Shown piece by piece: positions 1 through 13,195 of a DNA stretch of 64,000 nt; position 1 is the first letter of the stretch, and every line of letters starts with the position of its first letter. The position numbers and the translations under genes were made by a program. The notes under the pieces were generated by a model. It was not told the origin of the DNA. It made no database searches and worked only from the letters and a program-made list of their open reading frames with translations. Source of the DNA: Glaucostegus cemiculus (Eukaryota); contig CDPCPM010000018.1 of NCBI GenBank assembly GCA_976551045.1, forward strand, positions 1,984,001 through 2,048,000, written 5' to 3'.

Positions 1-283
1 TTGTTCTTGGTTTGCAGGAGACACTGGCAAGGCTTCAATCCCTAACAGTCTTAGTCTTAAAAAGATGGTGCTGAGCTTTAAAGTAATTTGCTTCACCATC
101 AAACAATATGCTGTAAACTGTGTCCCTTAAAAATGTGGAAAAATTGACCTAATACAACTTAAGTACATAATTTTTTTTTTTAAAAACACAAGTGTTCAGA
201 AGCTAATATCTATTGAAAATATTGTAATTAATTCAAAAATCTATATAGTCAGGCAGTTTTCGCAACTCTTCAATTGTTGTTAC

Positions 284-369
284 CTCCAGCCATTCTGTTG
301 CTCCAATTGCTCCAAAATCACCACCACTCCAGCTTGCAAAAACTATACTTCGTCTAGGTCTGAATCCAT
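284..369 (-). CDS. TFRC: Transferrin receptor 1, coding exon 12 (protease-like domain): (D)[28 protein letters not shown]
   Basis: 86 nt, tttttag|ATGG...GAG|gtaac; phase 1 in, phase 0 out; matches TfR motif [22 protein letters not shown]. Gene continues off the left edge. Confidence 0.96.
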
Positions 370-734
370 CTAAAAAAAACCAGGCATACAAGCAATTTAC
401 ACATTAAGTTCGACAGGTCTGTAACTTCCCCAAAAGCCCACAATATGTGTATTAAAGCATGCAAAATATTAGTTTTGATTTGCAGATCTAAGCCTAAACA
501 CATGCAAAAGCAGCATACTGCACATGCTGGAAATTTAAAGTGAAACAGAAAATACTTAAAATACACAGCTGGTTAGGCAATGCCTGTGGAGAGGGACCAG
601 AGCATTATTCCAGCATTTTCATTCTAAACCTCAAAGTGGATTTTCATTTTAATCTTCAAGCACAATTATAATACAAATTTGTTTTTACTGTTTGACTAGT
701 TTTGATTATTGTTACTCTTATTCTTGTACCAACA

Positions 735-1280
735 CAGAAAATAGGAGCATGATCTATGGTTGTTGAGTCTGCTCTGTTTATGGCTGATCCTCTAACTCAA
801 GAGCATATTCCCATTCTCTCATTATACCCTTTGTCTCTAGAAATCAGTCCATCTCCTTCTTAAACACATCCAGTGATTTGGTCTCTCCCACTTTCCATGC
901 TAGAAAATTTCCAGATTCACCACTCTCGGATAAGGAAAAAATGCCATTAGTTGACGTCCTAAATGCCTTGCTTCATATCCTGAGACTGTGGCTCCTTATT
1001 CCAATGCCCCTTCTCCAGCCAGTGGAAACATCCACCCTATACCCAGTTTGTCAAGACTTGTCAGAATTTTGTACATTTCAATGGGATCCCCCCCTCTTTC
1101 TTCCAAACTCCAGTGAATACAAACCCACTCAACCCAATTTCAGTTAACTGAGAATCCTGGTGTCCTAGGAATCAGACTGACAAATTTTTGCTGCACTCCC
1201 TCCAGAGCAAGTATAACCTCTGGGATAAGGAGACCAAACGAAAATTGCACACACTACTCCTGGTGTGGTCTCAAAGAGCC
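735..1280 (-). mobile_element. Degenerate CR1 LINE 3' fragment
   Basis: Reverse-complement similarity to the C-terminal and 3' parts of the better-preserved CR1 copies in this window. Confidence 0.6.
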
Positions 1281-1890
1281 CCTCTTCCCCCAAGATGAAC
1301 AGCAGAGTTCAGATTTAGTCTGTCCCATTGGAAAAGCTCTCTTTTCACTGTACTGATACCAATGCCCAAAAATTGAAACCTATTTCTCCCACACTTAACT
1401 GCGCATGCATTTAGCTCCACAATTCTGTTAATCCCGTGCCAGTTAGTTCACGGCTCAGGTAATAACCCAGTTTACAACCTTTGTAATTCTGATTTTTAAT
1501 TTAGCCACTCACTGCTCAAACTCTTCATCTGATCTATGTTGTTGTCACACTCAGTACCTGCCCTGTGGTGTCATACTGCAGATTTTTCTTGTTCTAACCT
1601 TCAAATTGCTCTCAGACTCTGTTCTTTATACTCTCAATCCCTATTCTTTACAGCTCTCTCACCAAACTCTCCTGCTCTTTACATCTACAACATCTTGATC
1701 CCTGCTCTTTTTGCATTGTGTATGCCTCTTTCTCAGACTCTCCCTCTCTTTATATTAATGGCTGCTCAATCCCTGTTCTTTATAATCATTCTCTCCACAT
1801 TAATGGACTCTTCCACTCTTCAGTATAGTTTGTACTAATCAGATCCACTGGAACTCCTCAACACAAGCCAAGTATGATCTGTGCTTTCAC

Positions 1891-2007
1891 CTTCAACCAT
1901 CTTGGAAAAGACTCTTGCCAACTCCAACAGTAAAGCAGTTCCAACTCCAGATTCTGCTGCACCAGGGCCGTAGGAGTCACGCTGAGCACCAATCACAACA
2001 TAATGAT
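1891..2007 (-). CDS. TFRC: TFRC exon 11: (D)[38 protein letters not shown]
   Basis: 117 nt, ttttag|ATCAT...GAAG|gtgaaa; hallmark Tf[20 protein letters not shown] motif; phases join exons 10 and 12. Confidence 0.97.
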
Positions 2008-2526
2008 CTAAAAGGAAAAACTGAATGTTTTTAAAATGGTAGTTACATTGATCTGAATACACAATGAAAAACCAGCCACTCCCAGATTTTTCATATAGAT
2101 ACAGTAACTAACACCTGCAATGTTTGTTGCAAGATTCTGATCAACTTGAAATCTGCTGTGGTACAACCTTCCAAAATCAGTATTTTTCATAATGAGCAAC
2201 AAACATTGAGCACAAAGATACTGCTTTGTAAATAGTCAATAATTTCGGTTTGGAGCAGGATAAGTATCCAATTCTACATTTCCCACTACCTTTATTCCCA
2301 CACACACCTTCCTTCCACTATTATTTTATCTGTAACACATTAACAGTTCCAATCCCATGATTACAAAATGTCACCAAATTTAGCAGCATTGATTTTCATT
2401 TTAGGAAACATTTTGCAATTATTCAATCCGAGGAAAAAGATAAATACTAGCAAGTATTTGCTCTCCTGCTTAAGGCCTCATCTGAACTGATCATAGTTGC
2501 CCTTCAAGTTAAAGTTAGTATCTTAC

Positions 2527-2693
2527 CCATTTCTTCGTTACCCTTAATGACACCAAACACATTATGCATCTCTCTCATTTCTTCAACATTATTTATTTCT
2601 AGCTTTACATCTCCATCATCATTAGCAAATCCTGGTCCAAGTTTGGTTCCAATACCCTGCCAACTAGCTGGAGCATCTGCACCGCCAAGCAGG
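2527..2693 (-). CDS. TFRC: TFRC exon 10: LLGGADAPASWQGIGTKLGPGFANDDGDVKLEINNVEEMREMHNVFGVIKGNEEM
   Basis: 167 nt, ctttcag|CCTG...ATGG|gtaag; NVFGVIKG motif; phase 2 in, phase 1 out. Confidence 0.95.
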
Positions 2694-3189
2694 CTGAAAG
2701 AAGAATTACAAATTACTAAAATCTTCAGAACTAAAAAAAAATCCTAAATCAAAATCAATATTAACTTTAAAAAAAAGACTAATATCAATTGTACAGCAAA
2801 AAGGAGCAGATTTTCAATCATTTGACTTGAATGTCCATGCAGTAGAAATCTAACATTAATAAACCCAACTTCCAAGCAATGTACTTTTGAGTCACACACA
2901 TAATGCTCTCAAACTCATTTGTACCAAGTACCAGAGAACCAGGATGAGAGTGGTCAAAGATGAAGAGGCTGAAAATATTCTGAAATCATGCAGAGGAAGG
3001 CGGGAGAGCAGCAGGAAACTAGGACATTGCTATAATGTATCAGTACACACTTTCTCCAAAGTCCAGATTTATGTTCCCAAATCCTTTCCACATTTTGTTC
3101 AAGTCAATCAAAATGCATAAAAGCCAAAAAATTTTCCTTTTCTTAAAAAAAATGTAGCTGCTCAAATCTTCATGTCAAAGTGTCAATGT

Positions 3190-3480
3190 TTACCACTACT
3201 TGAGTTGGCGAGCTGTACATGATTCTTTCCCTTCCCACCCACTGTACTTTGTTTCAGCATACATGCCAATCTATAAAAGGAGTAAGGTCTGGGAGGAAGG
3301 CCACAGTATGTATGGCAGTTCAAAGAATCTTACAGCCCATTGCGTCCATCGTGGTTCTTTCAAGGAGTTCTTTGAAATTGAAATTACATGTCAATAAGAG
3401 ACCTACACCCAGAAGTAATGTATCCCAATGTTCTGGTGACAGACCTGGGCCCAGCAATCCTCTATCTAGAGGTAGATTAC
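3190..3480 (-). mobile_element. Possible old L1/Tx1-type ORF2 C-terminal remnant
   Basis: Weak, interrupted resemblance to a Tx1 post-RT region; no intact motif. Confidence 0.25.
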
Positions 3481-4028
3481 AAACCCGCTTCTGAACTCTG
3501 AAACCAGAACACAATATTAGGACTGACAGCTTCTACATTTCTCATCTGAAGGCTCTGGGTTTAGCATCAATAGAGGGATTATGATTCCCACTTCCAAACT
3601 GCAGCCACAACCTCCACAGTCAGATTCCTGTGAACCATTGGCAGGCCTAATTTCAGGGCAGCCAGAGGGAGAGCAGAACTACCACAAAAATGGAAGACCA
3701 GGAAGATAAAAACTCAGGATAGAAGTTCAAAAATGCAAAGTTGGAAGATGGAAATTTCACCCCCAGCAAAATGGTAGATGAAGAAACTAACTGAAACAAA
3801 TGGGGGTGAGGAAAGAATGTGAAAAAGAAAAACATTCAGTGCATCCTCAACAGTATTAAAGGTAACTCCATTCACTTGTGATTGACATATTTAAAGAATC
3901 ACTGAAGTAGAAATGGAAATTTAAAAGTTGACACTGAATAATACTGTGAACATTATCCTTCTAAATTCGAATGCTTCCAAAATTCAAGACAATTATAGGA
4001 ATATACTGAACAACGAAGGTGTACTAAC

Positions 4029-4168
4029 CGGAGAAGACGAGAGGCAACACTGGCACTGATTGAATGAGCCAAAATCCCAGGAAGTCCTGATGATCTGGTT
4101 GGAGGAAACTGTGTATGGTTGAATGATGGAAATCCAGGAGTCCGAGGATCGCCCAAGCCCATATGAAC
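4029..4168 (-). CDS. TFRC: TFRC exon 9: [46 protein letters not shown]
   Basis: 140 nt, gaaag|GTTC...CCG|gttagt; [22 protein letters not shown] is diagnostic of TfR1. Confidence 0.97.
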
Positions 4169-5433
4169 CTTTCAAAAACAAATCACGTGTTAACTATGCA
4201 CAATTAACAAAGTGATTGATCACTAGAGGGCACAGTGCATTTCCCTATGCATGATGAACTATACACGGATTAGTGGGGAAATTAATACATTAATTTGTAA
4301 ATTTTGTTTAATTCATGCTAAATTCAATTTCTCATTTTTACTGATGATTTGAAATCCTACGACTAAACTTGAATCAGTGTGGGGGGGGGTGCGAGGTTGG
4401 GAAAGAATGCAGGTAGAGGTTATGTTTGGGGAAAAAAAAAAAGAGGTAATCACACTCAGATCTTGCAGAAGTCAAGATCCAATGCAGATTGCAAGATTCT
4501 ATTGACTTCAGGGATGATTATAAGACAAAGAATTTGAAGGCAAAAGGGTAGGCAAGTTATAAATAATTAAAGACATTGAACTAAAATATTTGCTTTATTT
4601 ATCCATTTCAATTTTAAGATTCTGAAATTTTTATTAAACATTATAAAAGTTGCCATTGATGTTAAGCTAGCCAAGCTGCAAGGAGTGTTCTGGGGCAGAG
4701 TCGCGGTATTACACCACCCTTTTTCAATCATTCAGAAAGATTGGTCCCCTTTATTTGGCCTTTGGGTGGCATTCCAGGTGATCCCAGTCAGCACGACCCA
4801 ACCTAGGAAAATGATTTCAATATCCCCATACTTTGTAAAACAAACCCACTTAGAAAGGGTGATCAAACATCATGTGATTAAATCTACCAGAAATTCCACT
4901 AGCATTTGCTGACCCACTTCATAAACGTCTACTCACCCACAAGGCTTCGAACACTGGTAGCTGAAGGACACTGATGGAGGGATGACCTCATAAATGAACT
5001 CACTTACTACCCCCTCATCTCCAAACATCAGCTGCACTCACACCTCTCAAACATTAATGACTCTGGCTACTTTCTCCCATTCCTACATTTTGACCTGTGC
5101 AGACTGCCAACATGGCCAACTGGGAGACTCCCAAGTAGTGGCCATTTCTAGAACCTTAACAATCAGGTGCGAGGGTAAATAAAAACAAGAATGCTGCAGA
5201 AAACAGACAAGCCAAAAAATATTCAATTCATTCTGCTTACTGCACATAGGCATTTTGAAAATAACCAGATGAATCCACACCCCCTATGCTACATATTTTG
5301 CAGTACATTCATTCTTAGCCCTTTTACTCCAAACACACATATTCTTGAAAAAAAAACTACTGGGTGTGTTCAGCAAGTCAAAGCGGAGGTACAGATTCCA
5401 CTACACAATAAACTGGAGTGCAACCACACTTAC

Positions 5434-5529
5434 ATGTCCAAACATAGCCACATCTCCATCCAGGTGATAATCTTTGCTATCAGGATAGATCAGAACACCT
5501 CCAGCTTTCATCTTCTCAGCATTAAAAAC
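5434..5529 (-). CDS. TFRC: TFRC exon 8: VFNAEKMKAGGVLIYPDSKDYHLDGDVAMFGH
   Basis: 96 nt, ttttag|GTT...CAT|gtaagt; PA/apical-domain motif NAE...A.GVLIY. Confidence 0.95.
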
Positions 5530-5734
5530 CTAAAAGTGGAAAACATTCTTTAAAATCATTCCTTAATTAATTTTAAATTTCTAATCATCATTTTAAATGC
5601 AGGGTCATCCTGTAGCCATTCCCCCAGCAACAAGTCTATCCCTTTGGATACTGTTAAGGAGTGGGTGGGGAGGAATGACTCTCCCAGGCAAAGCAGCACC
5701 AGCCAGGTTGGTGGCACTGAGACTAGAGAAACAT

Positions 5735-6555
5735 AGTCTAATCGGGATAGTCAGCATGGCTTTGTGTGGACAGGCTATGCCTGATTAATCTGATAAGAGT
5801 TTTTCAAGGTGATGAAGGTGATCAATGAAGGTAGAGCAGTGGATATTGCATACATCGATTTTCATAAGGCATTCGACAAAGTCCCACATGATAGGCTCAT
5901 GCAGAAAAGTAGGATGCATGGAATCCACAGTGAGTTGGCTGATTGGATCCATAACTGGCTTTCCCATAGAAGGACAGAGGGTAGTGGTGGATGGGTCTTA
6001 TTCTGGATGGAAGTCTGTGACTAGTGGTGTTTTATAGGGATTTGTACTGGGACCTCTATCGTTCATTTTTTATATATATATATATTTTATATATATGTGT
6101 GGTAGGGTGGGTGAGTAAATTTGCAGGCAACACAAAGATTTGCGGTGTTGTGGACTGCATAGAAAATTGACATACGATACTGTGGGACAGCGATCAGTTG
6201 CAGATATGGGCAGATGAAGTTTAATCTGGACAACTGTGGGGTGCTACACTTGTGAGAGATCCAACATAAAGGGAAAGTACACTCAATGACAGGATCCTTA
6301 ACAGCATTGATTAACAAAGGGATCTTGGGGTCCAAGTCCATGGCCCCCTAAAAGTGACCACACAAGTTGATAGGGTGGAAAAGGCGGCATATTGCATGCT
6401 TGCCTTCATTAGTCGAGACAATTGAGTTCAAGAGTTAGGGAGTTATGTTACAGCTTTATAAAATTCTGGTTAGGCCACATTTAGAGTAATGTGTTCATTC
6501 CTGGTTGCCTCATTACAGGAAGGATGCAGAGGCTTCCAATTTTCTATGTTCTACA
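5735..6555 (+). mobile_element. CR1 LINE RT fragment (frameshifted)
   Basis: SQHGFV, EGRAVDIAYIDFHKAFDKVPHDRL, WIHNWL motifs; ends in ttctatgttcta tail. Confidence 0.9.
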
Positions 6556-6664
6556 AATCGTGGAGTGTTTATGTAATGGAAAATTTAAAAAGACCAGATG
6601 ATAGGGTAGTATAGCAATATGGGTAAAAAAAAAGTCAAAAAAAGAAAAAGGAGAATAGCTATGC

Positions 6665-7165
6665 CAAAATTTAAGGCTCTTTATGTGAATGGATGAAGCA
6701 TCCATAAACAGATGATTCATGCCTCAATTTATCTGATCTAAAAGCCATTACAAAAGACAGGTTTCAGGCTAGCTAACATATCAAAAAGGGCGAATTAGAA
6801 AAAAAAGTGGTGGGAGGGGAGCTCCGATGATAAAGAATGACATTAAAGCATGAAGTGAACTTGGCTGAGATCTGGGAACGGAATCAATTTGGTGGAGGGA
6901 TCAGGAAACAAGGAACAACAGAAATTATGGGGAATTATTTATAGCACCCCTCTCTAAACAATAGCCAGAAGTGTTAGACAAACTCTCAAGTAATAATAGA
7001 CTTGCAATAGAAGTAATGCAACAGAGAGGAATTTTACACAGATTGTGGAAAATAAATTAAAAGGAAGTCTTGAGGGTTAGCTAATGGAATGCATTTAAGT
7101 GTTTCCTACAACAGAACATTGTTAACCCTGCACAGAACAAGCCTTTTTAGATTTGATAAAGGAAA
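6665..7165 (+). mobile_element. Degenerate CR1 endonuclease-region fragment
   Basis: Starts with an LKALYVN..SI.(N/K)-like motif; later GGG..L.IK and LDL remnants; many stops. Confidence 0.5.
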
Positions 7166-7446
7166 TGGTGGGACATATTTTGCATTTGTCTCCACAGATG
7201 AAGACAATAAATTTTTTTAAAAACTGTACATAACCGGGGAAAAGTTCAGGCAACCCCCAAATTACAGCTGTTCAGGTAACGGGAATTATCAATTCAGTAC
7301 CCAAAAATCTGAGATACAGAATAAAATTCGCTTCAATAGAATCTGTGAAGTAAACACCATGTAAAAACTTATGAATTCTTTCATGCTGCGGTAGCACTAA
7401 TAAGAACATTTTATAAGTTAATTCATGTTTGACTATTTTTCAGAAC

Positions 7447-7566
7447 CTTCTCAGCAAAACTGATCTTCCCTGCGCGAACGATGACAACAGTGCCATTGAC
7501 ATTCACTTGTTTCTGCAATTCTTTAAAGTCATCTTCCGTCCCATAGTTGGCATATACCAGTTTGCC
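7447..7566 (-). CDS. TFRC: TFRC exon 7: [40 protein letters not shown]
   Basis: 120 nt, ttctag|GGC...AAG|gttctg; GKLV.AN.G..DF...[15 protein letters not shown] motif. Confidence 0.96.
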
Positions 7567-9023
7567 CTAGAAAGATATGGAAATGTATTAATGCAAGAAT
7601 ATAGCATTACTACCACACTGTCTCCTGCAACATATTTTTGCAAAGAATTCAGACCTCAGTATTGATAACAGCAAGAAAGAATGCCTCGTGCCACTGATTT
7701 GCAATGTTAGAAAGCAATGGGCTGGATCATGCATGTTTGCTGCCAAGCAGAAATGCCTGGTATTTTTCTCCTTGTTGGTCATTTCATTCATGCCTATTAC
7801 ATTGAAACAATATGTCAGCGGAGCACATATTGGTACAATTGAATTCTCACACTATCATTTACCTCAGTAATGTCCAGTGGAAGAGCGATATCATATTGAG
7901 CTGCGAGCACTTTATGCCAGATAGGCACTTTAAGGAGTTTATTTTCATATATAAAGAGTGGGAAAATATGTCTGGTGTCAAGCTCAGACATTTAGGTAGT
8001 TAGGTAGATTTAAATTCAGACAGTTAGGTAGATGTAAAATCAATGAACAGATGTGCATTCTGGCGTTTGTCTGGTGCCTGCAACCAGGTAGTTATTCCCA
8101 CTTTAACTCGTGTTCCATCCCTTGTCCAGCTCATTCACCACCCCCTTTCCCCTAATACTGTACTCAGTTCATCAACTATAAATCTGTCCAAATACCTGTG
8201 CCATCACTATGTAGCAACATTAAAATAACTTCATGTGAAAATCTTGGGCAATAATTTGTACAACAATGAAGATGGCATGAAGATTTAACATGTATCCAAA
8301 ACCTTCACTGCCAGTTTGCTAATCGAGGTGCTGCTGTTGCTGCTTTGAACATGGCCATTAATAGATGTACCACAGTAGCAAACAGCAAATGAAAATACCA
8401 GTTAGTCATCTCTCAAACAGACCCACCAATTAAGTATTGAGCAGAAGATTCCTTGTTCTTGGTATTATCAACTTGTGGTCAACCAATACAGCTCACATAG
8501 TACAGTTCCAATCTCAGTTTAGGTTACATATTCAATTCTTTTGGAGTTGGGATTTTGAAGAGAAGTACTAACATTGAGCCAAGATTGACACCTTGAGCAT
8601 GTAATGTGAAAAGTGATTCACCAGTGATTAAAAAGTCCACAGACATTTATCGTGCAGACTTTATCAAAAACAACTTTTCCTTCAACTGCTCAAATCAGAT
8701 TTTTTTTTAATATTACATGAAGCAAATACATAAACTCAGAGAGAAAAAAAAAAAATCACAGAACACCAACCTATGCTCCCGAACAATACTGAGTTCAATT
8801 CTCAAGTAAAAGTGGAAAGTTGAAGTAGTATCGTATACATTTACAGCAGCAAGGGACATCACTTTGCAAAAGAAAATATACAAAATCTCATTCAAGACAT
8901 TTTGAAAAGATAAATACTATTTTCAAATTGGCTAGTCTGCCCACAGATCAGTAAAAGCCTATACTAAGTTTACTGGAATACATTTAAATAACTCACCAAG
9001 ATTTGAAAATGTTTAACACTTAC

Positions 9024-9135
9024 CGTGAAAGTACCATTTGCACTGTATGGACAATATACATTTGAATTTTTCTCTTCTAACTGCAATTCTCCCTCATTTG
9101 CACCACCAACAATCCAGACTCTATTTGGAGATTTG
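9024..9135 (-). CDS. TFRC: TFRC exon 6: KSPNRVWIVGGANEGELQLEEKNSNVYCPYSANGTFT
   Basis: 112 nt, tctctag|CAAA...ACG|gtaagt; open, phase 2 in, phase 0 out, Y..YS..GT motif at the expected position. Confidence 0.92.
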
Positions 9136-10019
9136 CTAGAGAGAAAGACTTTTTTTAAATATCAGCCAACATTAATTTCTGTTTAGAATAGTGGTCAGTG
9201 ACTTTTATATTAGACCAAAATAAAGTCATAGGATCAAATACCAGATTTCAGTACTCAGCTGAAACTGTAAATATTAAGCAATAAAAAGATGCCAACCACG
9301 CTGGCTATTCAAAATTATAGTTTTTATGCATTCATCACAAGATGACAAGTACATTCACTAAATTGAAATTGCCATTGTTCAGGTGTCCCATTTCATAGTG
9401 AAGTCGTTTGTCTTATGGAGTATGCTGTCAAAACTAACACAGCAATGTTATGACACTGCCAGCTGTAACAAGTTTGCAGATACAAGGGAGCAGATTTCCA
9501 TAAAGATTCAAGTAGTCATATAGCATGGAACCAGATCCTTTCGCCCAAGTCATCTATTCCTGGGAAACATTTGCACTTATACAACTACCTGCTTCAACAG
9601 GACTCAGCAAATTCAAGAAATCCACACAAACTTAGAAAAAGTTCCAATTTAAGAGGTTCCGCGGCAATTTGTCCACTGGGATCTGACACAGAACTTGGGT
9701 TCAGCAAAAGATTACCAACTTCCTAGTTTTCTAGCAGTTACACTGGAAAATCTACCTGCTAAACTTGAAGCAGAAATTCAATGACCAAGTTTATTTGAAT
9801 AGTTTTTTTTTGTTTTAAACAATGTAATAATAGATTTAATTTCTAATAATCCTTGAATGTCAGAGCCATTCAAATATTTAGACAGCTTGACTGCCAGTTC
9901 AACCAAGGAGCATAGTTTAACAAGCTGTCAAAGCACTTTTGTGGTATTTATGAATGGGAGCCCTTGAAATCTGCAAGGCCTCACAGATTAGGCCAGTATG
10001 TTTTTTTCAGGAAGTTCAG

Positions 10020-10185
10020 GAGGCATCTAAGAGGTATTTAGATAGGCACATGAATATACAAAGCATGGAGGGATAAGACCAGGAGCAGACAGAAGGAATT
10101 AGGCATCATTAACTTAATTAATTCGGCACAACATCATGGACCGAAGGGCCTGTTCCTATGCTGTACTATTTTATGTTTTATGTTC
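10020..10185 (+). mobile_element. CR1 3' end
   Basis: FKR.LDRHMN-like coding end plus ggccgaagggcctgttcctatgctgtac-type terminus. Confidence 0.75.
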
Positions 10186-11118
10186 CTGCTGAGGAATTTA
10201 TTCATGTGCAAGTTTAATAAATAGACTAATGCCAACTCCCTAGAAACTTTAGGTCTACTAAAGTCACTTACAGGCCCTACTTTTTAAACTACAATTGTTT
10301 TACCAGTGTTCAATTGTTTTATCACTGTTCAAATCGTCAAGTTGTAAAACTAAACTACTGAGGCCAATTTCAAAGCTGGCCATTTTCTACATTATAAATC
10401 TCAAATCAGTCAACCACATTAAACAGATCCTTTTGTTATAACCTAATAGAGTATGCTTTGCATCAACTTTTCCCTCTCCACCACCTCCCCCCACCCAAAA
10501 GACACTCTCTTCCACCGCCAGGGAAATGAAAATAGGAATTATCCTTCAGCTCTGGATGCTTCAGTACAGATGGCTCAAATTGTCATATCAAACAGAATAG
10601 AGTTTGATTTAGTATTAGTTTGAATTTAGTATGGTGATCAATAGCAAAACATTAAATTATATAATTGAAGTCATAGCAGAAGACATTAACCTCACTCCAT
10701 AATTTTACACAGGGTTAACTAGAACATGAAAAATAGCAGTTGGCATTTTCATGTTTTCTTTCCAGTTAGTGCAATCTTCAGTCCTTGTGCAAGGATAAAG
10801 AACATTTCCGGTGGGGGTGGGGGGGAGAAGGGGCCTCACTTGGAACCTCATTTCTGCTGTTAGCCCTCCAAATACCATTAGCTGCACCCTATCAGAAGCT
10901 CTCTAAACTTTACTGCACATAATGAACCTTCATACAAACTTAATAATTGGGATTACAACTGGTTGCAAATCAAGCATATTAACTAATAAGCTATACTACT
11001 GAGGGTGAAGATTAGGAATATGAAAATGCATCATGGTCAGAAATTTGTAATCATCAACCATCATCATCAGCTTATGCAATAAATGTAATTTTCAATGTAG
11101 TCTTTCCATAGCACTAAC

Positions 11119-11262
11119 CTGTTAACCTGAAGTGTGACATAGTGTGTGTCAAACCAGACATTTTCCTGCTGAAGCGTCTTCGAGAATTCTCCTCTGACAT
11201 ATTCAGTGTTAGTCAGATCACCACTGGAACCAGTTTGATGATCGCCAATGGCAGATATTTGG
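11119..11262 (-). CDS. TFRC: TFRC exon 5: QISAIGDHQTGSSGDLTNTEYVRGEFSKTLQQENVWFDTHYVTLQVN
   Basis: 144 nt, ttacag|CCAA...CAG|gttagt; phase 2/2; H..GS..D and VW.D.HYV.LQ motifs. Confidence 0.93.
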
Positions 11263-11499
11263 CTGTAAATGATAGATGCCATTGTCAACAACTTCCATTT
11301 ACATTGCTCATTGGTATGAAAATAAATGCAAATTCAGAAAGCAGTGGTTGGACAGAACAAGTGAGGTACATGTGTGTACAGCTGTTAATGGCTTCATTTG
11401 GCATATTATCTAGACGGTTTACAATGAAAAGGGAGACAAAACAAGAATGTGATCAGAATTCCTACAATAGATTTCTAATGCAATCACAGAGACATTGTT

Positions 11500-13195
11500 G
11501 AAAAGACATCACTGGCAATTCGACGCTCCAAGGTATAGAAGTTTCAAATGTGATCAGGAGGGATGCAAAAGGGGCATTGTATTATTGATCAAGGAGTGCA
11601 GTAATGAGCAAAGATATCTTAGAAGATTTTTCAAATGAAGCCATATGGGTAGAACTTAGGAAAAAAAAAGGGTGATCGCCTTGCTGGAATTACACAAAGG
11701 GACTCCCAAAAGTCAGTGTGAGATGAAGCCAGGTATGTAGGCAAATGACAGAGGTGCAAGAGGAGTAGGGAATTTGTACAATTGTAGGGAATTTCAAATT
11801 CCCAATATTAAATTGAGTTGCTTTAGTATGAAAGGATTAGATGGGGTAGAACTTTTCAAGTGCACCATGGAGATCTTTTTGTGTCAGTACATGGATAGTC
11901 CTATGGGAGATGGGGCAGTGTTAGATCTAATCCTAGAAAATGAATCCAGGCTAGTGGATGAAGTGCCACTGGGTGACCATAACTGATTAAATTTCAAAGT
12001 AGTTACAGAAAGGTACAAGGATAGTCCAGAAAACAATTATCAAAATCTGGCAAGGGTGAGGGGTTGATTTCAATATTAAACAAGACCTGGTAAACACAGA
12101 CTGGAACAATTACTTCCAGATGAATTTAAAGATGAAATAATTAAATTTGAAATTTAAATTTTATTTACAGCTTGGTAACAGGCCCTTCCAGCCCAACGGG
12201 TCCGCGCTGCCCATTTTAAACCCAAATTAACCTACCCGTATGTCTTTGCAATATGGGAGGAAACTAGAGCACCCAGAGAAAACCCACGCAGACATGGGAG
12301 AACATACAAACTCCTTACAGACAACGACGGGAATCGAAATCTGATCTCTGGTGCTGTAACAGTGTCGCACTAACTGGTATGCTACCGTGCTGAGGTACCG
12401 TACCGTAATGGAGAGGTCAGGGCCAACATGTTCCCATAAGGGTGAAAGATAAGGAGAGCAAGTCAAGGGTTTGATGGAGAAACAAAACAAAAGGAAGCAT
12501 GTGATAGATATAGGGCACTGAAAATGGAGGAGGCCCTTAAAAGTGGGTGCTTCAAAAAATTAAAAAGGCAAAAAGGGAGCCATGAAATATCACTGGCAGT
12601 TTATGGAAAAAAATCACAAGTCATTTATATCAAGAACAAAGAAGTAAACAAGGAAAGTGTGGCTCCATTAGGACCAAGGGGGCAATCTGTGTGTGAAGAC
12701 AGAGGACGTGGGTGAGATCCGAAGTGAATACTTTTCATCTGTATTCACCAGGAGAAAAATCACTGTAGTTGGAGATTTCAGTTGGGAAAGTGAAATTCCA
12801 GAGCATGTCAAGATTAAAAAGGAGATATTAGAGGGGGGGCTGACAGGAAGTGTACAAAACTGAGAGGAATAGATAGGGTAGATAGCAAGACACTTTTCCC
12901 TTATGACAGAGGCGTTGAACACCAGAGGGTATAGGTTTAAGGTGAGTAGCAAGAAGTCTTGAAGGGATCAGATTAAGAAAGACTTTCACCCTTGTGATGA
13001 CTGCAATCTGGAATACACTGTCAGAGATGGAGGTAGTGGCAGGTACTCACACAACTTTTAAGAAGCATCTGGCTGAGCACTTGAATCACCAAGGCAATAA
13101 GTAAGCTATGGACCAAGAGCTGGTAACAGGATTTGTATAGATAGATATTCGGCAAGGCCATGATGGGCCAAAGGACCTGTTCTGTGACTCTATTA
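11500..13195 (+). mobile_element. Internally deleted, degenerate CR1 (EN to 3' end) interrupted by a SINE
   Basis: EAIWVELR, G.F.(F)PNI, AVLDLIL.NE and LNEYFSSVFT-like remnants plus a CR1-type 3' terminus near 13160-13195. Confidence 0.75.
12150..12391 (-). mobile_element. tRNA-derived V-SINE (HE1-like), CR1-tail subfamily
   Basis: tRNA-like head, V-domain (gtttgtatgttctcccatgtctgcgtgggttttctctgggtgct), tail gggctggaagggcctgttacc..gctgtaaataaa. Confidence 0.88.
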
